Assembly (NCBI GenBank): GCA_050950285.1 | Contig: JBMNHG010000002.1 | Location: 886,654-950,653, forward strand | From: Kiritimatiellia bacterium | GTDB lineage: Bacteria; Verrucomicrobiota; Kiritimatiellia; RFP12; JBMNHG01 | Reading direction: 5' to 3' | Length of the DNA stretch: 64,000 nt | Program-made: the position numbers and the translations under genes | The notes under the pieces: generated by a model | Seen by the model: the letters and a program-made list of their open reading frames with translations, nothing else | What the model was told of the DNA's origin: nothing | Database searches by the model: none | Part shown: one piece after another, positions 7,840-17,137 of the stretch | Layout of the letters: the number at the start of each line of letters is the position of its first letter | How positions within the stretch are numbered: the stretch's first letter is position 1

Positions 7840-8559
7840 ATGGAGACAACGATGGACTGTTGCTGGAACATGATCCGTTCAAACCTTGTGGAAGCATGGG
7901 GTGAGCTTAATGATCTCCGCCGACGTCTCCGTTATTGCGAGACGGGAGAGCTTCCCGACCCCCCGGAATACGGGGCGTGGCTTGAGAGGCAATGGCGGAA
8001 AACGACAGAGCACAGCCTCCTCTTTGGCAAAATGGAACACGCCTATCATCATCTCAACTTCGGCTGGAACTGTCGCAGGTTTCCCGAAAAGCGGGTCATT
8101 GCGTGTGCAAGACGGGATTATGTGGAATGGCAGATATTCCCGAGGGACTGGCCTGAACTCTGGCCGTCCGCGGGCAGATACACAGGGATGCCGGGAAAGG
8201 TGGGGGACGGCAAGGTGTGCTACCCCACAATGCGCATACCGCTGGACGAGGTCTCCATGACGCTCGACGACGTGATCAACGATATGGACGCCACATTCCC
8301 CGAGTGCGCCGAGGCGCGTACCGGTCCTGGGAAGATCCGTAGAGGGCGTCCGCCAATGGACGAGGAAGGACTCGGTGTCCAGATGCGGCATATCTATATT
8401 TACATGAACTATGCGTGGAATTCTAGGCATTCCCGAAAGCTGACCTTGCCCGGAAAGGACGCTGAATCGGCGGCGACCATGAAGCGAAATTGGCAGTTCC
8501 CACGTGAGTTCAAGGATTTCTGGCCGAAGAAACAGGATTACGAACCCGGCCACAAATAG
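7840..8559 (+). CDS. Hypothetical protein made of two homologous helical domains
   Basis: MEHAYHHLNFGWNCR...FPRDWPELWP matches MRHIYIYMNYAWNSR...FPREFKDFWP. Starts 1 nt after the previous stop; the last residues and stop come from a MITE. Confidence 0.65.
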   Translation: METTMDCCWNMIRSNLVEAWGELNDLRRRLRYCETGELPDPPEYGAWLERQWRKTTEHSLLFGKMEHAYHHLNFGWNCRRFPEKRVIACARRDYVEWQIFPRDWPELWPSAGRYTGMPGKVGDGKVCYPTMRIPLDEVSMTLDDVINDMDATFPECAEARTGPGKIRRGRPPMDEEGLGVQMRHIYIYMNYAWNSRHSRKLTLPGKDAESAATMKRNWQFPREFKDFWPKKQDYEPGHK

Positions 8560-8690
8560 CGCTGCGCACGGAGATTCAGGCATTGGGAGCTGGAATTTAG
8601 AGTTGGGAAAGGGGCACGGACATTCCTGTCCGTGTCACGGGTTGGAAAACCCGTGCCCCTGTTTTGCAGCATGAATCGTGGCCGAGTTAG
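8541..8690. mobile_element. 150-bp MITE-like element, copy 1 (TA-flanked, terminal inverted repeats, internal REP-like double hairpin)
   Basis: TA|CGAACCCGGCCAC...GTGGCCGAGTTAG|TA; near-identical to 45460-45609. Confidence 0.8.
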
Positions 8691-8715
8691 TAACAGGAAT
8701 AAGACAGAGGAGACA

Positions 8716-9327
8716 ATGAACAACATGCACAGAACAACAATGCGTATTCGCCCCATTTTAATGGTGTCCATGGCGCTTGCCGCGGTGGCAGTGGGGTGCA
8801 ACTCGGGCAGGCAGGAAGAACCGGAAGCCCGCTATTCAGATGAATTGAGTTCGTACATCGAATTTTGCCGCTCGATGGCGCTGGAGTCCGATGAAAAGGA
8901 TGTTTCGCCCATGTGGGAGCAGCAGTCAGGTGGAGCATTCCAGGAGTTTACAAAGACGTTCAAGATTATCTACGGCGATGCGGACTACCTGAGCTTCTAC
9001 GCAACGGAGGCATCCTATACGGGCGGAGCGCATGGCCTGACTGAGATTACCGTCGGCACGATTTGCCGGAAGACCGGCAAGCTGCTGACGCTTGATGATG
9101 TTTTCCCCGTTGCGGAACGTGCGGCGTTGACGCGACAGCTTCATCAACTCGTTGCCGAGGCGATCGGCGAGGAGAACATCCTCTATGACGTCCAGCCCCG
9201 TGAGAATTTCTATCGGGCTGCGGACGGCTGGCATTTCGTCTACAATCCCTACGAGATCGCCGCCTACGCCCAGGGCGTGATCGATGTGGTGGTGAAGCGG
9301 GAGACACCGGGAGCCGCAGGAAAGTGA
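8716..9327 (+). CDS. Lipoprotein of the RsiV/PdaC-like DUF3298/DUF4163 family
   Basis: Lipobox AVAVG-C, YTGGAHG and FVYNPYEIAAYAQG motifs; GAGGAG RBS. Confidence 0.8.
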   Translation: MNNMHRTTMRIRPILMVSMALAAVAVGCNSGRQEEPEARYSDELSSYIEFCRSMALESDEKDVSPMWEQQSGGAFQEFTKTFKIIYGDADYLSFYATEASYTGGAHGLTEITVGTICRKTGKLLTLDDVFPVAERAALTRQLHQLVAEAIGEENILYDVQPRENFYRAADGWHFVYNPYEIAAYAQGVIDVVVKRETPGAAGK

Positions 9328-9847
9328 AAGGCCGCACGAGACAGTCTCAGCCACGGCACTACGATTCCGGGCAAGGTGCTGGCACAGCCCCTTGCCCCTG
9401 CGGGGCACCCGTTCGGCAGCATCGCGGCTGGCGTGACCGGCAAGCTGCGGGGTATTATCCGTGCCTCGTGCATCGGTTGCGGACATCCATTGCCGACGAA
9501 GACATGCGAGAATGCTGCATACGGGGCATTTTGCCAAGAGTCTCGCAATACGTTGCGCTGCAACAATCTGCAATAATCTACAGACAAAATCTTTTGGGGT
9601 GGACAAACGCCCCTGAAAGTACGACAACCCCTTGTCGCCAACCGACATGGTCGTGGCTTATCTGAAAGAGAAAGGCGTTGAGATTGACAGAGCGGCGTTC
9701 GACAAGAAGGTCGAGGACGTGCGCAGGGGCACTGACAAGGGCAAGAAGGTTAAATAGGTGCGGCAGCACCCGATGGCGCACATAAGCGGTTCGGGCTAGG
9801 CTGCCGAACCGGCTGGGCGCCAGCGGTTCCAGAGGGTTTGTTGGAGG

Positions 9848-9892
9848 GTCGGACAAGTCAGACCTGTCGGACTCGTCGGACTCGTCAGACCG
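9848..9892. repeat. 9-bp tandem array GTC(G/A)GACNN x5
   Basis: gtcggacaa gtcagacct gtcggactc gtcggactc gtcagaccg. Confidence 0.75.
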
Positions 9893-10021
9893 AACACACC
9901 AGCGCCAACGGCGCGCCCCATCCCAGCCTAGGTGAAGCCCTAGGAAACCAACGACAAAGGGAAACAAGGGCTGAAGGCCCGGCCTATCATCCGGCAGACA
10001 ACCTTTCTTCCCCGAACCATA

Positions 10022-10912
10022 TCATGTCGGCCATAACGCTTCGCCTGCGTGCATGGCCAAGCCGATCTGCTCGCTATGCCCCCGTCGGCCATTGTACCAC
10101 AGGCGCCACAGGGATTGTTCCCTATCGTAGATCGCGTATGGCTTGTAGCACGCGTCGGCATCCCAGCCGTCCCGGCCCGGGGAGATAACCGGGTTGTCCG
10201 GATGGCGTTCCCAGTCATGTATTCCGTCGCGGGAACGCGCCAGCCCGATCCGGGCATGGTGGACATCGCGGAATCCGATGTAGAACATGATGTGCCGGTC
10301 GTCCTGTTGGATGACCTGGCACGCCGTGACCTTGTATTTCTCCCAGCCGCAGGCAGGATCACCCGTGAATATGGGGTTGGCCGGCCATTGGGTCCAGCGG
10401 ATCCCATCCGGGCTTGTGGCGTAGCCGATGGCGTCCGGCTCATACTGTTCACCACCGGAATACCACATCCTGTACTGCTTCTCCCGCTCGTCCCACAGCA
10501 CGTGGGGACACATTACCGCCGCCTTTTCCCACGGGAGTTCCGGGGAGAGAACGGGTTCCTCCACGACAGGCTTCCACGTCAATCCGTCAGGGCTGAACGC
10601 ATAACCGATATACGACCGATCGCGTGTCTGCCCCGTGAACCACATGTGATAGCCCGTATCATCCTTCAGCACACAGGGGCGATTGACGTCATCCCGCCAG
10701 CCACTCCGGCTGTCCGGCTCCAGAGCGATCCGCGGTTCGCTCCAGCGCACGCCGTCGCGGCTCTCGCTCAGGGCGATGCTCTTCCGGGGACGCCATGAGA
10801 ACCACATCTTAAACAGACCGCCCTCCTCCAGCACGCAGACATCGAAGCACGTGCCCAGACTCCCGCCCAGGACGGGATTGCTCTCGGATTTTTGCCATCC
10901 GGCGCTAGTCAT
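10022..10912 (-). CDS. Five-bladed beta-propeller glycosidase-like protein (GH32/GH43/GH130 clan-like)
   Basis: Repeated blades NPVL...MWF/Y...IGYA.S.DG..W; ATGA overlap with the upstream gene. Confidence 0.75.
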   Translation of the reverse strand: MTSAGWQKSESNPVLGGSLGTCFDVCVLEEGGLFKMWFSWRPRKSIALSESRDGVRWSEPRIALEPDSRSGWRDDVNRPCVLKDDTGYHMWFTGQTRDRSYIGYAFSPDGLTWKPVVEEPVLSPELPWEKAAVMCPHVLWDEREKQYRMWYSGGEQYEPDAIGYATSPDGIRWTQWPANPIFTGDPACGWEKYKVTACQVIQQDDRHIMFYIGFRDVHHARIGLARSRDGIHDWERHPDNPVISPGRDGWDADACYKPYAIYDREQSLWRLWYNGRRGHSEQIGLAMHAGEALWPT

Positions 10913-11742
10913 ATGGAAACACCCTCCTGCCGGGCAACATTCCGGATATGGGCTGCCGCCGCACGGTACTCGGTCTCGTTCGGAAGGTGCTCGAGCATCA
11001 GCGGCACCTCGGCATCGAGCCGGGCCAGGCATCTCAAGAAGACCGGGAAGTCAAAACCCCCTTGTCCCGGCGGAACTTCGTCGAGGTGCACCGTCAGGTT
11101 GTCGCGGAGCACGATGTCCTTGGCATGGCAGGACCGGATATGCTCGCCCAGTTTGGCAAAGCACTCCTCGATCAGGCGTCCGTTGGCAAAATAGCGTTGG
11201 GGGCTGCACACCAGGTTGACCGGGTCGAGGTGGACGGCGAAGGCCTTGCGGTCGATGGCCTTGATCAGGCGGAGGTAGGCGTCCGGCGAGTCCGGATACA
11301 TCCACGGCATGGTCTCCAGCGTGTAGAAAGAGCGCGTGGGCTTCACCGAGTCGATGATGTCGCGGACGGAGGCAACGATCCGGTCGAACGTCTCGTCGGT
11401 GAGGTCGGCGGCATGGGGTCCGTCCCATTTCAGGCCGCGCGAACCCGCGATGTTCACGCAGCAGCGGGCGCCGATCCTGTCGGCCAGTTCCAGCGACGCC
11501 TTGCACTTCGCCAGCGCTTCCGCGGCCGTTGCCGCATCGGCGCAGAGCGGGTTGCTCCAGGCGCCCACCTCCGCGATGACGATGTCGGCCGCGCGCGCGG
11601 CCGCCGCGTAGGCCCGGATGGCGTTGACGTCCGCATCCGGCTCCAGCGGACAGTACGCCGCCCGATACCCTGCGCCGACGACGGCTGCCGCCCACTCTTC
11701 CGGGGCAGAGGTCCTGGCGAAGATCGGTCCACCTAGTCTCAT
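10909..11742 (-). CDS. Sugar phosphate isomerase/epimerase (xylose isomerase-like TIM barrel)
   Basis: LETMPW, VHLDPVN, SCHAKD and LMLEH metal-binding motifs. Confidence 0.85.
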   Translation of the reverse strand: MRLGGPIFARTSAPEEWAAAVVGAGYRAAYCPLEPDADVNAIRAYAAAARAADIVIAEVGAWSNPLCADAATAAEALAKCKASLELADRIGARCCVNIAGSRGLKWDGPHAADLTDETFDRIVASVRDIIDSVKPTRSFYTLETMPWMYPDSPDAYLRLIKAIDRKAFAVHLDPVNLVCSPQRYFANGRLIEECFAKLGEHIRSCHAKDIVLRDNLTVHLDEVPPGQGGFDFPVFLRCLARLDAEVPLMLEHLPNETEYRAAAAHIRNVARQEGVSI

Positions 11743-11970
11743 GTCGTTCTCCTCTTCGATTTCTTGCGCAGAAACGTCGCCCGCATCATAGCACCTTTTG
11801 CCAACCGGATACATTGCGTCGTTTCCCGCTCGTCGTGCGGCGGTTCCCCCTGGGGCCGGCAGGGTCCGACAATTCGTATTTGACACGGTGTGGTTTTCGC
11901 GCAATCTTCGCATGCATGCGACAGCTCCGCTTGAAATCGGGCGGCCTGCGCGTTGCAACGATCATCCCTC

Positions 11971-13662
11971 ATGAGGAAGAAGCTTTCCACCATCCTTTCC
12001 AAGCGGCCTGCCCTTGGCTCGGTTGTCGCATGTGCCGCGGGATGTGCCATGGCCCAAGCGTCCGTGTCCCCTTGCCTGGTCCTGGCGGGCCTGGTCCTTT
12101 TCATCGCCATGGTCTGGATCGGGATGCGACGGAACCGATCCGATCGAAGGCTTGGCCTGCATCTCTCGTGGATGGCCGGGGTGTTCCTGGCCTATTTCCT
12201 GTGGGGACACCTTTTCTCGATCCGGCGGAACGTGGCGATGGAGGGCCTCTTCCCGCAGGATGGGCCGCACGCCACACGGATCGAGCTGACAGGCGTCGTG
12301 GGTTCCGACATCGAGTTCCAGCCGCTGAAAAACGGCGGGCTTCGGTGTTCCTTCCTGCTGTCCGAGATCCGGCCGGCGGACGGACTTGCCGAGAACGAGG
12401 CGGCCCCCATCCGCAACCTCGCGCGTCGTGGCGCCCCTTCCCTTCGCGTGGTCTGGTTCGGCCATCGACCCGGCAAGACGGAGGTGCGCCCCATCCCGCA
12501 AGCGGGGGATCGCTGGCAATTCCGCGGGAAAATCAACCTTGTGGGCAAGATCCCTGCGCGCCAGACCATCAAACTCACCTCCCGAAGAGAGGATTCGCGC
12601 CTCTTGGCACGGGCGGCCCACGGGAATTGGCGGTCGGTGGTCGCGGCGATGCGGGCGGAGAGCTCGCGACGCCTCTCCCTGGGGATGGAGGGGCGGAAAT
12701 GGCGCGATGCCTCCGCGATGATCCAGGCCATCCTGCTTGGCTATCGCCACGACATCCCGTATCGCTTGAACCAGGTCTTCCGTGATTCCGGAACGATGCA
12801 CGTCTTCGCGATTTCCGGGATGCACGTGATGATCGTGGCCGGTTTCCTGACAACCCTGCTGGGATGGATCGGCCTTCCGCGCACCCGCTGGTTCCTCGTG
12901 GTGTGCCCTGCGCTTGTGGTCTACACCGCGATCACGGGGGCGCAACCCAGCGCCTTGCGGGCGTGCCTGATGACCTGCCTGTATTTGATCGCGCCCTTGT
13001 TCGGACGTCGCCCCGACGGCGCCAGCGCCCTGTCCATCGCCGCGCTGGTGCTGCTTGCCTGGAATCCCGGCCAAATCTCCAACGCCGGCTTCCTGCTGTC
13101 CTTCACGGTCGTCGCGGGCCTGATTGCCCTGGCCACGCCCCTGACACGCCTCTTCCGTCGCCTCCCCTTCGCCGAACGGCTCGCCGAAAACGACCGCCTT
13201 CTCTGGAGGCAAGGGGGAGACGTCCCCGCTTTCGCGCGCTGGCGGGCAAGACTGCTCCACGGCAGCTACGACTACGTCGCCAATTTGCTCGCGGTCTCCA
13301 TCGTGGCGTGGGTTACGTCCGCACCGCTTACAGCCTGGTACTTCCAGCGCCTCACGCCCGTGGCCATCCTCGCGAACCTCGCGATCGTCCCCCTTGCCAT
13401 GGTGGTGGTGGTGGGAGGGTGCTCGAGCCTGGTTGCCGCGAGCATCGCGACCCCGCTCGCCATGGTTGTCAACCGGATTCCGGCCTTGGCGGCGGAACTC
13501 ATGGCGCAAGTGGCCCACGCGTCGTCGTCCATCTCCTGGCTCGTGTGCAAAGTGCCCAAACCGCCCGAATGGATGGTGGGAGCATGGTATTTCCTCCTTG
13601 TCCTGGCGGCATGGCACATCCGGACGCGCAACCCTGCCGACGAACGTTCGCTTCCCTATTGA
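11971..13662 (+). CDS. comEC: ComEC/Rec2 competence membrane protein (no C-terminal metallo-beta-lactamase domain)
   Basis: HVFAISGMHV, GAQPSALRA, GFLLSF and ANLAIVP motifs; multiple TM helices. Confidence 0.9.
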   Translation: MRKKLSTILSKRPALGSVVACAAGCAMAQASVSPCLVLAGLVLFIAMVWIGMRRNRSDRRLGLHLSWMAGVFLAYFLWGHLFSIRRNVAMEGLFPQDGPHATRIELTGVVGSDIEFQPLKNGGLRCSFLLSEIRPADGLAENEAAPIRNLARRGAPSLRVVWFGHRPGKTEVRPIPQAGDRWQFRGKINLVGKIPARQTIKLTSRREDSRLLARAAHGNWRSVVAAMRAESSRRLSLGMEGRKWRDASAMIQAILLGYRHDIPYRLNQVFRDSGTMHVFAISGMHVMIVAGFLTTLLGWIGLPRTRWFLVVCPALVVYTAITGAQPSALRACLMTCLYLIAPLFGRRPDGASALSIAALVLLAWNPGQISNAGFLLSFTVVAGLIALATPLTRLFRRLPFAERLAENDRLLWRQGGDVPAFARWRARLLHGSYDYVANLLAVSIVAWVTSAPLTAWYFQRLTPVAILANLAIVPLAMVVVVGGCSSLVAASIATPLAMVVNRIPALAAELMAQVAHASSSISWLVCKVPKPPEWMVGAWYFLLVLAAWHIRTRNPADERSLPY

Positions 13663-13743
13663 CGCTTGTCCACGTATACTCGTCTCATGCCCATCGCGAT
13701 GGGCACGATACCCCACATCGCAACGACGAAAGAAGGATTCCAC

Positions 13744-15726
13744 ATGAAACAAGGCTGGCGCTGGTACGGGACAAGCGACCCCATCTCCCTCAAAGAAATC
13801 CGCCAGGCGGGCGTGACGGACATCGTCGCGGCCCTCTACGAGCGCAAATGCGGCGAGGTGTGGCCGGTGAAGGAAATCCAGGCCCGCCAGCTGGATGTCG
13901 CGAAGGCCGGCATGGCGTGGACGGTTGTCGAGTCCCTGCCCGTCCATGAATCGATCAAGACCCGGACGGGCGATTTCCGGAAGTACATCGCCAACTACAA
14001 GAAATCCCTCCAAAACCTCGCGGCGTGCGGCATCAAGGTTGTGTGCTACAACTTCATGCCCGTGCTCGACTGGACGCGCTCGAACCTCGCGAAAGAGCTT
14101 CCCGACGGCTCGACGGTCCTCCAATACGACGACGTCGAAGTCGCGGCCTTCGACCTCTTCATGCTGCGCCGCCCAGGCGCCGCGAAAGACTACGGGAAAG
14201 AGGTCCGCGAAAAGGCGAAGGCCCTCTTCGGGACGATGTCCGAAACCCGCCGCAAGCAGGTGGCCGAATCGATTTTGCTGGGGCTCCCGGGAACCGTGGA
14301 CAACCTCACGATTCCGCAGTTCCGCGATTTGCTCGAGACCTACAAGGGGATTGACGACCGCGCCCTCCGCGAAAACCTGTATGCGTTCCTGGACGAAATC
14401 CGCCCGCTTTGCGACAAGCTCGGCATCCGCATGGCCATCCATCCCGACGATCCGCCGCGGCCGATTTTCGGCCTGCCCCGCGTGATGTCCACCGCCGCCG
14501 ACTTCCGCGAACTGTGCGAACGCATCCCTTCCGACGCCATCGGGTTCACCTTCTGCACCGGCTCCCTCGGCGGCAACCCGGAGTCGGACGAGGTCGCGAT
14601 GTTCGCGGAATTCGCCCCTCGCATCCACTTCATCCACTTCCGCAACGTCGTCTATGCCGAGGGACGGACCTTCCGCGAGAGCGAATGCCACCTTTCCGGC
14701 AAGGTGGACATGGCGCGCCTGATGCGGTTGCTCGTGAAAGAGGAAACCCGCCGCGGGGAAGCCATCGTGGTCCGCCCCGACCATGGCCGCTCCATGGAGA
14801 TCGACAAGGGGCGCGACTGCTATAGCGGGTACGCCTACGGAGGCCGTCTCGTGGGGCTCGCGGAATTGCGCGGGCTGGAACACGGCATCCGCCACGGAAG
14901 CGACATCGACGGGAAGGTCGTGGTGTGTACCGGCGCTGCCGGCGTGCTTTGTTCGGCGCTGGCCGAAGACCTGCTCGTACACGGCGCGAAGGTGGCGGCG
15001 CTCGACCTTCGCGGGGACGTCGCGAAAGCGTTCTGCGAATCGCTCGCCGCAAAGGGTCTCGCCGAAACCCTCCCCATCGAAGCGGACGTGCTGGACAAGC
15101 CGACCCTCGAGGCCGCCCGCGACGCCGTGCTCGCGAAGTGGGGGCGCATCGACATCCTGGTCAACGGCGCCGGAGGGAACCATCCGCGCGGCACGACGCC
15201 GGCGGAACAGATGACCCCCGGCACCCCCTGGGACGACACCTTCTTCGGCCTCGACATGGCGGGCTTCGAGTTCGTGAACAAGCTGAACTTCATCGGGACG
15301 CTCCTGCCCTGCCAGGTCTTCTGCAAGACGATGTGCGACCAGGGTGGCGGCAGCGTGCTGAACTTCTGTTCGATGGCCGCCTACCAGCCCCTCACGAAGG
15401 TGGCGGCCTACGGAGCCGCAAAGGCTTCCGTCATGAACTTCACCGCGTGGCTCGCGACGCACCTGGCGCCGATGGGCATCCGCGTGAACGCGCTTGCCCC
15501 CGGCTTCTTCATCACCGACCAGAACCGCTTCCTGATGCTGGAGAAAGACGGCAAAACCCCCACCGCGCGAGGCAACAAGGTCATCGCGAAGACCCCCATG
15601 CGGAAGTTCGGGCAGCCAAGCGACCTCTTCGGCGCCGCGCGCTATCTCCTCTCCGAAGACGCCAGCTTCGTCACCGGCGTGGTCCTCCCCGTCGACGGAG
15701 GCTTCGTCTGCTACTCCGGCGTGTGA
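13744..15726 (+). CDS. uxuA: Fused mannonate dehydratase (UxuA) and SDR-family D-mannonate oxidoreductase (UxuB-like)
   Basis: UxuA motifs WRWYG, CYNFMPVLDWTR, IHPDDPP and RPDHG continue in frame into SDR motifs TGAAGVLC, NGAGGN, YGAAK and VDGGF. Confidence 0.9.
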   Translation: MKQGWRWYGTSDPISLKEIRQAGVTDIVAALYERKCGEVWPVKEIQARQLDVAKAGMAWTVVESLPVHESIKTRTGDFRKYIANYKKSLQNLAACGIKVVCYNFMPVLDWTRSNLAKELPDGSTVLQYDDVEVAAFDLFMLRRPGAAKDYGKEVREKAKALFGTMSETRRKQVAESILLGLPGTVDNLTIPQFRDLLETYKGIDDRALRENLYAFLDEIRPLCDKLGIRMAIHPDDPPRPIFGLPRVMSTAADFRELCERIPSDAIGFTFCTGSLGGNPESDEVAMFAEFAPRIHFIHFRNVVYAEGRTFRESECHLSGKVDMARLMRLLVKEETRRGEAIVVRPDHGRSMEIDKGRDCYSGYAYGGRLVGLAELRGLEHGIRHGSDIDGKVVVCTGAAGVLCSALAEDLLVHGAKVAALDLRGDVAKAFCESLAAKGLAETLPIEADVLDKPTLEAARDAVLAKWGRIDILVNGAGGNHPRGTTPAEQMTPGTPWDDTFFGLDMAGFEFVNKLNFIGTLLPCQVFCKTMCDQGGGSVLNFCSMAAYQPLTKVAAYGAAKASVMNFTAWLATHLAPMGIRVNALAPGFFITDQNRFLMLEKDGKTPTARGNKVIAKTPMRKFGQPSDLFGAARYLLSEDASFVTGVVLPVDGGFVCYSGV

Positions 15727-15757
15727 GGACAGCGGCATGCCGCTTTTGCGGGGTGCG

Positions 15758-17137
15758 CTAGTTCGACAGGCTGTGGATGGGCGCGGGGATGTGGCCGCCG
15801 TGGCGCACGAAGGCGCCGCCGCCCTCGGGGCAGGCGGGGCTCATCACGGTGCCGGCGCCGAAGAGCCCGCCGAAGTTCACGGCTTCGCCCACCTTCGCGC
15901 CGGGGACGGGAATCACGCGGACGCTGGTTGTCTTCCGGTTCATCACGCCGATGGCGGCCTCGTCGAGGATGATGCCGGCGATGGCCTCGGAGGAGATGTC
16001 GCCCGGCACCAGGAACATGTCGAGGCCCACGGAGCAGACCGCGGTCATCGCCTCGAGCTTTTCGAGCGTGAGCGTGCCCGCCGTGCAGGCCTCGCCGATG
16101 ACATGGTCCTCCATCACGGGGATGAAGGCGCCCGAGAGCCCGCCCACGGCGGACGAGGCGAAGGCGCCGCCTTTTTTCACGGCGTCGTTGAGCAGCATCA
16201 CGGCGGCGGTCGTGCCGGGGGCGCCCAGCTTCTCGATGCCCATCGCCTGGTAAATTTCGCCCACCGAATCGCCCACGCGCGGCGTGGGTGCGAGCGCAAG
16301 GTCGAGGATGCCAAAGGGAACGCCCAATTCGCCCGCGATCTCATGGCCGATCAACTCGCCCACGCGGGTCACGCGATATGCGGTGTGCTTGACCTCTTCG
16401 GCGATTTCATCGAGGGTGCGATCGGAGCGGATGGCGAAAAGACGGTCCAGGGCACGCTTCACGACGCCCGGCCCGGAAACGCCGATGTTCACCACCCGGT
16501 CGGGCTCGCCGGCGCCCAGCTTGGCGCCCGCCATGAAGGGGTTGTCCTCGGGCTGGTTCGCGAAAACCACGATTTTCGCGGCGCCGAACCCGCGTTCCTC
16601 CCGCGTGGCCTCCGCCACCGCGAGAATCTGCTTCGCCACCATCGCCACGGCGCCCGCGTTGATGCCGGCCCTGGTGGTTCCGATGTTGATGGAGGAGCAC
16701 ACGTGGCGAGTCGTGGAAATGGCCTCCGGAAGCGAATCGACCAGCGTCCGTTCGCCGGGGGTCATCCCCTTGTGGACGAGCGCGGAAAATCCGCCGAGCA
16801 AATCGATCCCGACGGTGTCGCAGGCGCGATCCATCGCCTGGCAGAGGGCCACGGCGGCCGCCCGGTCCCCCGCGTGCCCCTCCAGGAGGATGGAGGCGGG
16901 GGAAACGGCGAGCCGCTTGTTCACGATCCGCACGCCGTACCGTGCGCCGATCGCGTCCGCGACGGGCACGACACGTTCGGCGGCATGGCAAAGCCGGTCG
17001 TACACGGCCTGCACCATGCGCGAGACGTCCTCCCGGGCGCATCCGTTCAGGTTCACGCCGAGGGTCACCGTGCGGACGTCGAGGTTTTCCTCGCCGATCA
17101 TGCGGAGGGTGGCGGAGAGGTCGGTGGTTTCAAGCAT
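15758..17137 (-). CDS. DUF711/UPF0210 (PFL-like) family protein
   Basis: ENLDVRTVTLG, DNPFMAG, GVSGPGVV, VGGLSGAFIPV.ED and CSVGLDM motifs. Confidence 0.9.
   Translation of the reverse strand: MLETTDLSATLRMIGEENLDVRTVTLGVNLNGCAREDVSRMVQAVYDRLCHAAERVVPVADAIGARYGVRIVNKRLAVSPASILLEGHAGDRAAAVALCQAMDRACDTVGIDLLGGFSALVHKGMTPGERTLVDSLPEAISTTRHVCSSINIGTTRAGINAGAVAMVAKQILAVAEATREERGFGAAKIVVFANQPEDNPFMAGAKLGAGEPDRVVNIGVSGPGVVKRALDRLFAIRSDRTLDEIAEEVKHTAYRVTRVGELIGHEIAGELGVPFGILDLALAPTPRVGDSVGEIYQAMGIEKLGAPGTTAAVMLLNDAVKKGGAFASSAVGGLSGAFIPVMEDHVIGEACTAGTLTLEKLEAMTAVCSVGLDMFLVPGDISSEAIAGIILDEAAIGVMNRKTTSVRVIPVPGAKVGEAVNFGGLFGAGTVMSPACPEGGGAFVRHGGHIPAPIHSLSN

Noticed and set aside
9380..9395. TGGCACAGCCCCTTGC as a third sigma-54 promoter
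   Set aside because: Spacing is GG-N11-GC rather than the required N10, and no clear gene follows.
9617..9757. Coding-like stretch KYDNPLSPTDMVVAYLKEKGVEIDRAAFDKK...
   Set aside because: Preceded by an in-frame stop and has no RBS or recognisable family; at most a gene remnant.
11962..15738. 1258-aa minus-strand ORF
   Set aside because: Antisense shadow of comEC and uxuA-uxuB in high-GC DNA; no motifs.
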